58,007 nucleotides of DNA. Source: an uncultured Bdellovibrionales bacterium. GTDB lineage: Bacteria; Patescibacteriota; Minisyncoccia; Moranbacterales; UBA2206. The DNA is taken from contig CAYLWX010000001.1 in NCBI GenBank assembly GCA_964387895.1, forward strand, positions 983-58,989, written 5' to 3'. The notes under the pieces are model-generated. The model ran no database searches, was not told the DNA's origin, and was given only the letters and a program-made list of their open reading frames with translations. Below, one piece after another: positions 33,006-42,429 of the stretch. The first letter of the stretch is position 1. Every line of letters begins with the position of its first letter. Both the position numbers and the translations under genes were made by a program.

Positions 33006-34259
33006 TTAGCTTCTCCCCCTGTTCTTCATCGCCTCCGCTATGCGGGAAACTGCCACAAGATAGGCCGCGTTGCGAAGGTTGGTATGATACTTTTCTTTTT
33101 GCTTCCACACCGCTTCAAACGCCTCCTGCATGAGAATTTTCAATTTTTCCAACACTTCCGCTTCACTCCAATAATAGCCGTACGCGTTTTGCACTTGTTC
33201 AAAGTAACTCACCGCTACTCCGCCCGCGTTAGCCAGAATGTCCGGAATAACTTCCACTCCTTTTTGCGCCAATATTTCATCCGCTTCAGGCGTAAGAGGA
33301 CCATTTGCCAGCTCCAGAATGAGCTTAGCCTTAATACTGGAAGCGTTTTCCTTAGTGATTGAATTTTCCAGGGCTGCCGGAACTAAAATATCCATATCCT
33401 GGGAAAAAAACGCTTCCACGCTTAACGTTTGGGCGCCAGAAAATCCCGTCACTGATCCTGTTTTTTCTTTATGCTGTTCAAGTTCTTCCGGATTGATTCC
33501 GATATAATTGCACACCGTTCCACTGGAATCACTCACCATGACTATCACATATCCAGCCTGGTGAAGTATCTTCGCGATATTTCTGCCCGCGTTGCCAAAT
33601 CCCTGGATCGCCACTCGTATTCCGTCAGTTTTCTTCATACTCATCGCCGACTCTAACACGTAATACCCTCCCTGGGCCGTGGAATAATCCCTGGCTTTCG
33701 ATCCTCCTATTCCCAATGGCTTTCCCGTAATCACTCCCGGCACATGTCTTCCTATGATTTTTTCATATTCATCCAGCATCCATCCCATAATTCTCGCGTC
33801 AGTACTCACATCCGGAGCAGGAATATCCAGGTCCGGTCCTATAAATTTCCAAATAGCGCGGACATATCCGCGAGAGAGCGCTTCCAGCTCTCGCGGAGAA
33901 AGTTTTTTAGGATCTACGACCACTCCTCCTTTTCCGCCGCCGAGAGGAATATTCACTACCGCTGTTTTAAACGCCATCCAGGCAGACAAAACTTTTACTT
34001 CATCATAGGAAACTTCCGGATGAAATCGTATCCCCCCCTTAAAGGGCCCTCTCGCGTCATTAAATTGCGATCTAAACCCCTGAAACATCTTTATAGATCC
34101 ATCATCCATTATTACAGGAATGTTCACCTCCAAAACTCTTACAGGGGCCTGTAATTGAATGTAGCTACTTTCATTTAATTGTATCATCTCCCTGACTTTC
34201 GCAAGTTGAGAAAGATAATTTTCAAACGCGGTAGCCGGCCGTGTGATATGTGGTCCCAT
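33006..34259 (-). CDS. gdhA: NAD(P)-dependent glutamate dehydrogenase
   Basis: PLGGGKGGVVVDP active-site Lys motif, the GFGNAG dinucleotide fold, 417 aa. Confidence 0.95.
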   Translation of the reverse strand: MGPHITRPATAFENYLSQLAKVREMIQLNESSYIQLQAPVRVLEVNIPVIMDDGSIKMFQGFRSQFNDARGPFKGGIRFHPEVSYDEVKVLSAWMAFKTAVVNIPLGGGKGGVVVDPKKLSPRELEALSRGYVRAIWKFIGPDLDIPAPDVSTDARIMGWMLDEYEKIIGRHVPGVITGKPLGIGGSKARDYSTAQGGYYVLESAMSMKKTDGIRVAIQGFGNAGRNIAKILHQAGYVIVMVSDSSGTVCNYIGINPEELEQHKEKTGSVTGFSGAQTLSVEAFFSQDMDILVPAALENSITKENASSIKAKLILELANGPLTPEADEILAQKGVEVIPDILANAGGVAVSYFEQVQNAYGYYWSEAEVLEKLKILMQEAFEAVWKQKEKYHTNLRNAAYLVAVSRIAEAMKNRGRS

Positions 34260-34334
34260 ATATATAGTCAGTAAACACGCCTTATGATGTGTATTTTCCC
34301 CATATCCAGACGTGGTGACTGATAAATAAACTAT

Positions 34335-35492
34335 TTAATTTTTAATTGGCATGACAATATAGAGATAATCCCCTAAAACTTCTCCTGTTTCTTCGTTGAT
34401 TTCCCGCAATGCTACAGGAGTAGATTCACTGTTCACCAATAACGCTACTTTTGAAGTGGCAATATTATTAATCCCGTCCAGGAGATATTTTGAATTAAAT
34501 ACCACTTTTTGCGAAGGTCCCGTTATATCCGCTTCCATTTCTGATACATTTTCTCCTATTTCAGAACTGTGTACCTGAATAATAACTTTCTTCTTTTCAC
34601 TATGTATCTCAAGACTAATCTCACTAGTCTTGCCGGTAGTAAAAAATCCAGCCATTTTCACCGCTCCCTGAATAAAACTTTTCTCTATCACTGCCCTTGT
34701 TTTAAATTCCTGGGGTACAATATGCTTATACTCAGGATATTTCCCATTAATAAGTCTGGAAATAATAGTAGTTCCTGGAATTTCAAAAAATATTTGTCCT
34801 TCTTCAATCGCTACTTTTACTTTCCCTTCTTCATCTCCTGAAATTATCCGGTTTAATTCCATTAAAGTAACTGCCGGAATAATAATATTTTCTGTTTTTT
34901 CTCTTAATGCGGTATATCTCTCTTCATTTACCTCATCTTTTCCTAAATTAATTCGGTTTTCAGAAAGCCGAAAGCTGTCTGTAGAGGCAAAAAATATCTC
35001 CCGTTCTTTTAATACCACATTTATCCCCGTGAGTTCCTGTCTGGATTCATGAAATGCCACGGAAACCATTATTTTAGTAATAATTCTTTTTAGATCATTT
35101 GCGGATAACTGAAATTGAAAATCAGTACTTTTATGTGGAATTAAGGGAAAATCAGACGCAGAAAGCCCTTTAATCACTGCTTTAATGGATCCACTTTTTA
35201 TTTTTAAATTTTGATCTATTACCTCCAAAGTAATATTTTCCCCCACAGGAAGGTTGTTTATTACATTACTAATTAATTTCGCCGGAATAGTAATTTTACC
35301 TTCTTTTTCCACTTTTGCGCCTATATGCGCTATTACTCCCATTTCAAGATTAGTCGCGGATAAAGTTAAGCCTTTTTTATCCGCTTCAAAAAGAATATTA
35401 TTTAAAATCGGCAAGGTAGTTTGCTTGGACACTACTTTTTCTGAATTAAATATTGCTCGCTTAAAATTTTCCTGAGTACAGATAAGATGCAT
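34335..35492 (-). CDS. dnaN: DNA polymerase III beta sliding clamp
   Basis: 385 aa. It lies downstream of dnaA and has the typical start MHLICTQENFKRAI...LPILNNILFE. Confidence 0.95.
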   Translation of the reverse strand: MHLICTQENFKRAIFNSEKVVSKQTTLPILNNILFEADKKGLTLSATNLEMGVIAHIGAKVEKEGKITIPAKLISNVINNLPVGENITLEVIDQNLKIKSGSIKAVIKGLSASDFPLIPHKSTDFQFQLSANDLKRIITKIMVSVAFHESRQELTGINVVLKEREIFFASTDSFRLSENRINLGKDEVNEERYTALREKTENIIIPAVTLMELNRIISGDEEGKVKVAIEEGQIFFEIPGTTIISRLINGKYPEYKHIVPQEFKTRAVIEKSFIQGAVKMAGFFTTGKTSEISLEIHSEKKKVIIQVHSSEIGENVSEMEADITGPSQKVVFNSKYLLDGINNIATSKVALLVNSESTPVALREINEETGEVLGDYLYIVMPIKN

Positions 35493-35772
35493 AGATATAA
35501 AATTAATTAATAACTAATTTATATAAGTAGATTATTATTACTAGCAAGGAACACTTCTGGGGATATCTCAATAAAATGGCTTAGGGTACACATTACTTGC
35601 TTAAATATCTGTGGATAACTCCTGAATTATCCAATGATGAGCTTCTTAATGGTATGTGGGCAGGGGGAGTAATTATATGAGCGGGTAAGATTATCCAAGT
35701 TTACTACCAGGGAATAGAAGAGGTTATCTACAAGGTTATTCTAGGGGTAACACACTCTTTATCCACATGTTA
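35493..35772. other. probable oriC (dnaA-dnaN intergenic region): AT-rich unwinding segment plus DnaA boxes
   Basis: Perfect DnaA boxes are TGTGGATAA (35610-35618) and TTATCCACA (35759-35767). One-mismatch boxes are TTATCCAAT (35627-35635), TTATCCAAG (35691-35699) and TTATCTACA (35724-35732). A very AT-rich tract lies at 35493-35550. Confidence 0.7.
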
Positions 35773-37152
35773 TCAACTTATGGCGTATAACTGTTCTCTG
35801 AGAAAGGAAACTTCTTCGGAGAGTTTTTTGTCATGCTCTAATTCTTTGTTTATTTTTTCAAACGCATGGATAGCCGTGGTGTGGTCTCTTCCTCCCATTT
35901 TTTCTCCTATTCCGGGGTAGGAATAGTGAAGTTCACTCCTCATAAGATACATGGCGATTTGCCGAGGACGGACTATTTCTTTTTTTCTTCCTTTAATAAC
36001 CAGTTCATCCTGGGTAATTTCGTAAAAATCGGAAACTAGTTTAATGATGTGTTTATGGGTTATTCCCTTCTTTTTTCCGCTTGAAATGAGCTCAGAAAGG
36101 AGGTTTTCCACAAAATGAAGAGTAATTTCCTTTTGAGCAAGTTGCGCGGAAACGGAAATTCTATTTAAGGCTCCTTCCAGCTCTCGAATGTTATTGGTAA
36201 TATTAGATGCCAGGAAATCAATTACGTCGTCTCCTATACGCAGATTTTCCTCTAATGATTTTTTCCTTAAAATGGCCATTCTTGTTTCCAGATCAGCCCT
36301 GGATACGTCGGCGATCATTCCTCCCTCAAAACGTGAGCGGAGACGTTCTTCCAGGGTCGGGATAGCCTTAGGAGGACGGTCGCTACTAAGCACTACTTGT
36401 TTATTGAGCTGGTAAAGATGGTTAAAAATATGAAAAAATTCTTCCTGGGTCTTTTCTTTTCCGGATAAAAACTGTACGTCGTCGATAATTAAGAGGTCGA
36501 TTGTTTGATAATACTCCTTAAATTCATGTATTTTCTGATTTTTTATTGAATCAACCAGGTCCTTGGTAAACCTCTCGGAAGTAATATAACGTACTCGGCA
36601 GGAAGGATTTTTCAGAAGCACTTCGTTGCCTATGGATTGAAGCAAATGAGTCTTCCCTAAGCCCACTCCTCCATAGATAAAAAGAGGATTATAGCTTTTT
36701 CCCAGGTTTTGAGACACGGCATAGCACGCGGCTCTTGCCAGCTCATTACTGCTCCCTATAACAAAATTTTGGAAGGTATATTTAGGGTTAAGGTTGTTTT
36801 CCTGGTTGATACTAAAGTTTCTTCCTGCCGCGACGCGAGGTTCTAAAAGAGGTTTTCTTGAGGAAGTTACTGCGTCAACAGAGGGTTTTCTTGCTGCGTC
36901 TTCCTGATGAACCACCAGCGCGCAGGAGACTTCCCGGATCTCCGGATTATTATGGTGAAGCGCCTTAAGAATGTAGAGATTGTACTTATTTTCAAGCCAT
37001 TCTTTGGCGAATCCATTAGGAACTCCTATAACAACTTTTCCTTCCGTTATTGATAAAATGGAGGTGTTTTTAAACCATGTGATAAAATTGGCCTTTGAAA
37101 TAGAAAGCTCAATTTCCCCCAGCGCCGCGTGCCAAAGCTCTTCGTTAGTCAT
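35773..37152 (-). CDS. dnaA: chromosomal replication initiator protein DnaA
   Basis: GGVGLGKTHLL Walker A, LLIDDVQF, and the C-terminal domain IV (VRPRQIAMYLMR...GGRDHTTAIHA). Confidence 0.97.
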   Translation of the reverse strand: MTNEELWHAALGEIELSISKANFITWFKNTSILSITEGKVVIGVPNGFAKEWLENKYNLYILKALHHNNPEIREVSCALVVHQEDAARKPSVDAVTSSRKPLLEPRVAAGRNFSINQENNLNPKYTFQNFVIGSSNELARAACYAVSQNLGKSYNPLFIYGGVGLGKTHLLQSIGNEVLLKNPSCRVRYITSERFTKDLVDSIKNQKIHEFKEYYQTIDLLIIDDVQFLSGKEKTQEEFFHIFNHLYQLNKQVVLSSDRPPKAIPTLEERLRSRFEGGMIADVSRADLETRMAILRKKSLEENLRIGDDVIDFLASNITNNIRELEGALNRISVSAQLAQKEITLHFVENLLSELISSGKKKGITHKHIIKLVSDFYEITQDELVIKGRKKEIVRPRQIAMYLMRSELHYSYPGIGEKMGGRDHTTAIHAFEKINKELEHDKKLSEEVSFLREQLYAIS

Positions 37153-37228
37153 AGAAGGAAGGATGTTAAAAAATAGAGATATTACTGCCGAAGTATACCA
37201 TATCGAAAAATATTGAGTAAGGTAAAAT

Positions 37229-37249
37229 TGTGGATAAACCTGTTGATAA
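37229..37249. promoter_or_regulatory. DnaA boxes upstream of dnaA
   Basis: TGTGGATAA (37229-37237, perfect) and TGTTGATAA (37241-37249, one mismatch). Confidence 0.6.
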
Positions 37250-37415
37250 CCTGTGGGTTCCTCTTATTATTATATAATACAAAAAGTAATTATGATCAAG
37301 TGGCTCTTTTTGATTGACTTTTAACCGTGTAGTTGGTACACTTTTAAATAGTTAAATTTTAAGCGGGGGCTACAGGCCGTCTCGGCAGAAGTTATAAGAT
37401 TAGCCAAAAAATAGT

Positions 37416-37550
37416 ATGAGTCAAACATATCAGCCTAAAAAAAAGAGACGAAAAAAAAGACACGGATTTATAAAAAGAAGCCGCACGCAGGACGGGAGAA
37501 ATGTGTTGAAAAGAAGACGGCGCAAGGGCAGGAAAAAACTTACGGCATAA
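37416..37550 (+). CDS. rpmH: 50S ribosomal protein L34
   Basis: Not in the ORF track (44 aa): [44 protein letters not shown]. It sits in the canonical position before rnpA. Confidence 0.9.
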   Translation: MSQTYQPKKKRRKKRHGFIKRSRTQDGRNVLKRRRRKGRKKLTA

Positions 37551-37561
37551 AGACGCATTCC

Positions 37562-37930
37562 ATGTTACCTTTTAAAAACAGATTAACGAAAAAGAAGGAT
37601 TTTGAGAGAGTACAAAGGGGTGGAACGTTCTTTTCTGATGGCAATATTGCCGTCAAAATAAGCAAAAACGACTTAAGGGAGACCAGGGTAGGAATTATTG
37701 TAGGGGTAAAGTTTTCCAAAAAAGCAACAGAAAGAAACCAGGCAAAGAGATGGCTCCGTGAAATTTTTCAAAGAGAAATGAGGCGCTTAAGGAAGGGAGC
37801 GGATATTGCTGTTATGGTGAGAAGAAGAGATAAGGAACCATTGCGCCTGAGGGAAGTAACTAAAAATGTCGTGCGTGTGCTTGAGAAAAGCCGCCTTTTT
37901 GAACCAGGAGAGGCGCGCACACGCGAGTAA
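37562..37930 (+). CDS. rnpA: ribonuclease P protein component
   Basis: 122 aa and basic. It follows rpmH and precedes yidC, with the LTKKKDFERV start. Confidence 0.9.
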   Translation: MLPFKNRLTKKKDFERVQRGGTFFSDGNIAVKISKNDLRETRVGIIVGVKFSKKATERNQAKRWLREIFQREMRRLRKGADIAVMVRRRDKEPLRLREVTKNVVRVLEKSRLFEPGEARTRE

Positions 37931-37941
37931 ACCTTATAGTT

Positions 37942-38727
37942 ATGTCGTTTTTATTCCATGAACTTATCTATCGTCCGTTGTATAATGTGCTTATTTTTAT
38001 CTATAACGCGCTTCCTTTTGACGATTTCGGGATCGCGATTATAGTGGTTACCTTGCTTTTAAAATTAGTGCTGATTCCTTTAAGTAAGAAACAGATTGAA
38101 TCCCAGAAAAAAATGCAGGCATTACAGCCTAAGATAAAGGAAATTCAGGAAAAATATAAAAAAGACAAGGAAAAACAGAGCCGGGCGCTTATGGAATTGT
38201 ATAAGACTTCTAAAACCAACCCCTTTGCGGGATGCGTGCCTATTATAGTGCAGCTGGTGTTTTTAATCGCTATTTACAGAGTTCTTTTTAATATATCTAC
38301 CGCCGGTCTGGTGGTGAACCCGGGAGATTTATATTCTTTCGTTAGAAATCCAGGGCAGATAAACCAATTTTTCATGGGTATTATTAGTTTATCCTCGGCA
38401 GTTGACGTAAAGCATATCGCTTTAGCTAATGTGCCGCAAGTGTTGTTGATCTTCGCGGCAGCTTTTTCTCAGTATATCCAAATGAAAATGATGATGGATA
38501 AAATGCCCGCGGGTGCGGGAGCGAAGGAAAGTGATTTCGCGCAAATAATGTCGAAACAGATGCTCTACCTCGGGCCGGTGCTTACTCTGGTGATAGGGTT
38601 TCAATTTCCTTCGGGAGTCGCGCTGTATTGGCTTGTTTCCACGGTGTTTATGATAGTACAACAGTATTATTTACAAAAAAACGCGCCTCCCGCGAAGACA
38701 CGCGCCAGCCAGGTGCTAAATGACTAA
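37942..38727 (+). CDS. yidC: YidC/Oxa1-family membrane protein insertase (short form)
   Basis: LIPLSKKQIESQKKMQALQPKIKEIQEKYKKDKEKQSRALMELYKTSKTNPFAGCVP is the family signature. Confidence 0.92.
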   Translation: MSFLFHELIYRPLYNVLIFIYNALPFDDFGIAIIVVTLLLKLVLIPLSKKQIESQKKMQALQPKIKEIQEKYKKDKEKQSRALMELYKTSKTNPFAGCVPIIVQLVFLIAIYRVLFNISTAGLVVNPGDLYSFVRNPGQINQFFMGIISLSSAVDVKHIALANVPQVLLIFAAAFSQYIQMKMMMDKMPAGAGAKESDFAQIMSKQMLYLGPVLTLVIGFQFPSGVALYWLVSTVFMIVQQYYLQKNAPPAKTRASQVLND

Positions 38728-38736
38728 TTTAACTAT

Positions 38737-39231
38737 ATGGAACAAAAAGAGCTGGAACAGCTTATTAAAGAAACAGTGGAAGAACTAGTGCAAAAAATGG
38801 GGTTTCCCAGTAAAGTAGAAATACAAAGGACATCAGGAGAGCAGGAAGGGATAGAAGGTATTGTCTGTAATATTCAAAATGAAGAATCCAGCTTTTTAAT
38901 TGGCCAGTATGGGGTGAATTTGCAATCTCTCCAGCATATCGCGCGGGTAATACTTCGAAAAAAAACAGACGAGAAGATCAATTTTATCGTGGATGTGAAC
39001 TCGTATCGCCAGGAAAAGAGCAGCGCGGTGGAAAAGTTGGCCCGGGAAACCGCGGCGCAAGTGATAAGAGAAAAACGCCCGATAATCTTACGAGCTATGT
39101 CTTCTTATGAAAGAAGGATTATTCATGTAGAACTTTCTAAAAACAGCCAGGTAAAAACAGAGAGTATCGGAGAAGGGGAAGAAAGAAAAGTAATAGTAAA
39201 GCCGGCCCCCTACTATACAAATGAGGACTGA
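38737..39231 (+). CDS. jag: Jag/SpoIIIJ-associated RNA-binding protein (KH plus R3H)
   Basis: The position after yidC and the R3H block SYERRIIHVEL. Confidence 0.85.
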   Translation: MEQKELEQLIKETVEELVQKMGFPSKVEIQRTSGEQEGIEGIVCNIQNEESSFLIGQYGVNLQSLQHIARVILRKKTDEKINFIVDVNSYRQEKSSAVEKLARETAAQVIREKRPIILRAMSSYERRIIHVELSKNSQVKTESIGEGEERKVIVKPAPYYTNED

Positions 39232-39237
39232 CACTCC

Positions 39238-39301
39238 TTAATATTCTCCTGCTTCACCTTTAATTCCAACACGCACACCTCCTAATTCTTCATTTATTCT
39301 T
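39238..39301 (-). pseudogene. 3'-terminal remnant of a second DUF721 gene
   Basis: 39252-39301 aligns with 32506-32557 (46 identities, 4 mismatches, one 2-nt indel). The minus strand reads RINEELGGV, then shifts frame relative to the intact copy, then TAA at 39238-39240. The remnant is cut off exactly at the flippase ATG (39302). Confidence 0.55.
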
Positions 39302-40747
39302 ATGGCTCTCGCGCGAAGAATAGCGTATAACGTGGCAGTTAACAGTGTGGCGAAAGTAATTTCCACTGTTCTCGCGTTGATTGCTATTGGGTTTATTACC
39401 CGGTATTTAGGAAAAGAAGGATTTGGAGAATATTCTACCGTACTTGCGTTTTTATCTTTTTTTGCCTCGGTCTCCGATTTGGGTCTCTACCACATTTCTA
39501 CGCGGGAAATTTCCCGTCCGAACGCCGAGGAAAAGAAGATTATCAGTAATATATTTTCTTTGCGCTTGTTTGCTTCTCTTGGTGTTCTTATTTTAGCCCC
39601 TCTTGTTACACTTTTTTTACCCTATCCAGGGCGAGTCAAGTGGGGAATATTGATTATAGCGCTCTCTTTATTATTTTCTTCCAGTTATCAGATACTCAAT
39701 GGGGTGTTTCAGAAAAGGCTTGCCATGGACAAGGTAGCCTTCGCGGAATTAGCCGGGAAAATCGTGCAGGTGGGGGTAGTTATCATGGCAGTAACATGGC
39801 GTTGGAGTTTTGAATGGATAGTTGGCGCGGTATTTTTTAACGCGGTTATTAGCTTTATAATAGCGTTTCTTTGGTCCAGGAATTATTTGAAGTTCTCTCT
39901 TAGTTTTGACATTCCTTATTGGAAATCTTTTCTGAAGGAATCTTTGCCTATGGGATGGGCGGCCGTAATTACCTTTCTTTACTTCAAAATGGACACTATT
40001 CTTCTTTCCGTGATGAAAACCAGCGGAGAGGTAGGTATTTATAATGCTTCGTATAAAGTAATAGAAAATCTTAATTTTTTCCCCGCTATGATTATAGGGT
40101 TAGTAATGCCTATTATGTCACGAACGGTTTTTCATGATCGGAAAAAATTTGAAACAATTTCTAATAAAACCCTGAAGATATTTATTATCTTAACAGTGCC
40201 TCTTGTTGTGGGCACGCTGTTTCTTTCCGGGGGTATAGTGTATCTTATCGGGGGAAACAGCTTCTCCCAGTCGGCCGAAGTTTTGCAAATATTAATTTTT
40301 GCGCTGGTGTGCATGTTTTTTGGTCATTTTTTCAGCGCGGCATTGATTGTGGGTAACCTTCAAAAAACTTTAATGCGTATTTTCGCGTTCGCGGCAGTAT
40401 TTAATGTGGCAAGCAACTTGATCATTATCCCGTATTATTCCTATTTGGGGGCGGCGTATACGTCGGTAATTACGGAACTTCTAGTGGTGCTCCTTTCGTT
40501 TTATTGCACAAGGAGATATATATGCTATTCTCCCGCAGTGAAAAAAACAGGTCAGATTTTTTTTTCCGGGGCTATTATGGCATTATTTTTATATCTCTTC
40601 CAAGACAGGTACGGGTTTTTCTTTCTTGTGATGGTGAGCGCGGCTGTGTATTTGTTTTGTCTTTGGATTTTCCGCGCGGTGAAGACTGCGGAGATTTTAA
40701 GCTTAATTAGCAAAAAGGGCGTTGAGGAATATGAAGAACTTGCCTAA
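39302..40747 (+). CDS. Wzx-like polysaccharide/oligosaccharide flippase (MOP superfamily)
   Basis: 481 aa with about 12-14 TM segments. N-terminus NSVAKVISTVLALIAIGFITRYLGKEGFGEYS, typical of polysaccharide biosynthesis protein family members. Confidence 0.85.
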   Translation: MALARRIAYNVAVNSVAKVISTVLALIAIGFITRYLGKEGFGEYSTVLAFLSFFASVSDLGLYHISTREISRPNAEEKKIISNIFSLRLFASLGVLILAPLVTLFLPYPGRVKWGILIIALSLLFSSSYQILNGVFQKRLAMDKVAFAELAGKIVQVGVVIMAVTWRWSFEWIVGAVFFNAVISFIIAFLWSRNYLKFSLSFDIPYWKSFLKESLPMGWAAVITFLYFKMDTILLSVMKTSGEVGIYNASYKVIENLNFFPAMIIGLVMPIMSRTVFHDRKKFETISNKTLKIFIILTVPLVVGTLFLSGGIVYLIGGNSFSQSAEVLQILIFALVCMFFGHFFSAALIVGNLQKTLMRIFAFAAVFNVASNLIIIPYYSYLGAAYTSVITELLVVLLSFYCTRRYICYSPAVKKTGQIFFSGAIMALFLYLFQDRYGFFFLVMVSAAVYLFCLWIFRAVKTAEILSLISKKGVEEYEELA

Positions 40748-41594
40748 AGTGTTTGTGGTAGTGTTAAATTACAATGGTAAAAACGTGATTCAGAAGTGTC
40801 TGATGAGTGTTTTTAAGATTACATATCCCAATTTTGAAGTGGTAGTGGTGGACAACGGGTCTGAAGACGGGTCTTTTGAGCTGGCGAAATCCTATTTTTC
40901 CAAAGCTCATTTTATTTTAAACGAAGCTAACCTTGGCTTTTCCGCGGGGAATAATGTCGGCATCCGATTCTCACTGGAAAGACTGGCCGAATATGTGCTG
41001 CTTTTAAACAATGATGTAGAAGTAGAAGAAGACTTTCTTACTAAGCTGGTATACAAAATGGAATCCAGCCCGAGCACAGGCATTATCAGCCCGGTAATAT
41101 TTAATGGATATAATAAGAGGGTATGGTTCGCGGGAGGAAAAATTCATTGGCTTCGCATGAAGACGGCACATGACCAGAGAATTCATTCAGAGGAGTACCT
41201 TTCTTCGGAATTTATTTCCGGTTGCGCGATGCTGGTGAGAGATGATGTTTTTAAAAAAGTGGGTCTTTTGGATAAGGATTATTTCCTTTATTGGGAAGAT
41301 GTGGATTTTAGCGTGCGAGCTCGAAACGCGGGGTTTTCCATGGGAGTGCTTACTTCCAGCTGGGTGTATCATTTTGAAAGGAGCGAGCGGGCTATGCAGA
41401 ATAAAGTGTATTGGCTGGTGTTCTCGGGGCTTCTGTTTTTTGAGAAAAATGCCTCTGTTGTGTTAAAATTATGGACCAGACCATACACGCTTTTTCGAAG
41501 GCTTAAAAACTATATTGACGTGATACGCGGAAGAAATGAGTTAGCGAACATAGTGCGAAAGGCATACCAGGATTTTAAATACGCGAAAAAATAG
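40731..41594 (+). CDS. family 2 glycosyltransferase
   Basis: VVVLNYNG...VVVVDNGSEDGS...NLGFSAGNN...LLNNDVEV. The ATG at 40731 is preferred over the TTG at 40722. Confidence 0.85.
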   Translation: MKNLPKVFVVVLNYNGKNVIQKCLMSVFKITYPNFEVVVVDNGSEDGSFELAKSYFSKAHFILNEANLGFSAGNNVGIRFSLERLAEYVLLLNNDVEVEEDFLTKLVYKMESSPSTGIISPVIFNGYNKRVWFAGGKIHWLRMKTAHDQRIHSEEYLSSEFISGCAMLVRDDVFKKVGLLDKDYFLYWEDVDFSVRARNAGFSMGVLTSSWVYHFERSERAMQNKVYWLVFSGLLFFEKNASVVLKLWTRPYTLFRRLKNYIDVIRGRNELANIVRKAYQDFKYAKK

Positions 41595-41619
41595 AAATAC
41601 CGCGGCGTGAAAAAGAGTC

Positions 41620-42408
41620 ATGAGATATATGCTTCTTTCTGTTATTATAGTGAATTATAAAAATCGTCTTCATCTTCCGGAATGTCTCAATTCGGTGTGT
41701 TCTGTTTGTTCTGAAGGTATGCCGCTGGAAATTATTGTAGTCAATAATGATGTGGAAGACGCACTGGGTGAAATTCAGGAACAATTTCCGGAAATTATGG
41801 TTATACATAATAATCAAAATATCGGTTTTGGACGGGCTGTAAATGTCGGCGCGGCGAAGGCGAAGGGGGAAGTGTTATTATTTCTTAATCCTGACGCCAA
41901 AATCCTAACGCATGCCATGGAGAAATTACTCCTGGAATTTGACATCCGTGACCGGTTGGGGATTGTGGGCCCCAGGCTTGTTACTAAAGAGAATAAAACT
42001 CAATTATGGAGCGCCGGGGAAGAAGTTACCTTGAAAAGCTTGATAGGGAATAATTTGGGTATAGTAAGGAGTAAAAGGATATGGGAAGGATTGGAAAAAA
42101 GGTCCGTACATTGGGTAAGTGGAGCATCGATGTTTGTGAGACAGGATGTGTTTAGGCGCCTGGGAGGGTTTGACGAACGGTTTTTTATGTATTTTGAGGA
42201 TATCGATCTGTGTCGGAGAGCAAGAAAGATACATAAAGAAGTATTATACTTTCCCGAGCTGGAAGTGCGGCATGTGTCCGGCGGAAGCACGCTGGATGAA
42301 AAAGAAAGAAAAAGGATTTATTATCAATCCCAGGACTATTATTTTCAAAAACATCATGGGCGAAGCAAGGCAGCAGTGGTGAAGCTTTTGAGAAGGCTGC
42401 TCGCGTAG
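41620..42408 (+). CDS. family 2 glycosyltransferase
   Basis: SVIIVNYKN...IIVVNNDVED...NIGFGRAVN...FLNPDAKI...MYFEDIDLCRR. Confidence 0.85.
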   Translation: MRYMLLSVIIVNYKNRLHLPECLNSVCSVCSEGMPLEIIVVNNDVEDALGEIQEQFPEIMVIHNNQNIGFGRAVNVGAAKAKGEVLLFLNPDAKILTHAMEKLLLEFDIRDRLGIVGPRLVTKENKTQLWSAGEEVTLKSLIGNNLGIVRSKRIWEGLEKRSVHWVSGASMFVRQDVFRRLGGFDERFFMYFEDIDLCRRARKIHKEVLYFPELEVRHVSGGSTLDEKERKRIYYQSQDYYFQKHHGRSKAAVVKLLRRLLA

Positions 42409-42429
42409 TTTTTTCATCGGGCTATCTTT

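Noticed and set aside
32940-34154. Plus-strand ORFs overlapping gdhA (32940-33362, 33744-34154 and others)
   Set aside because: They are antisense to a conserved glutamate dehydrogenase. The 5' part of 32940-33362 runs through repeat and terminator sequence.
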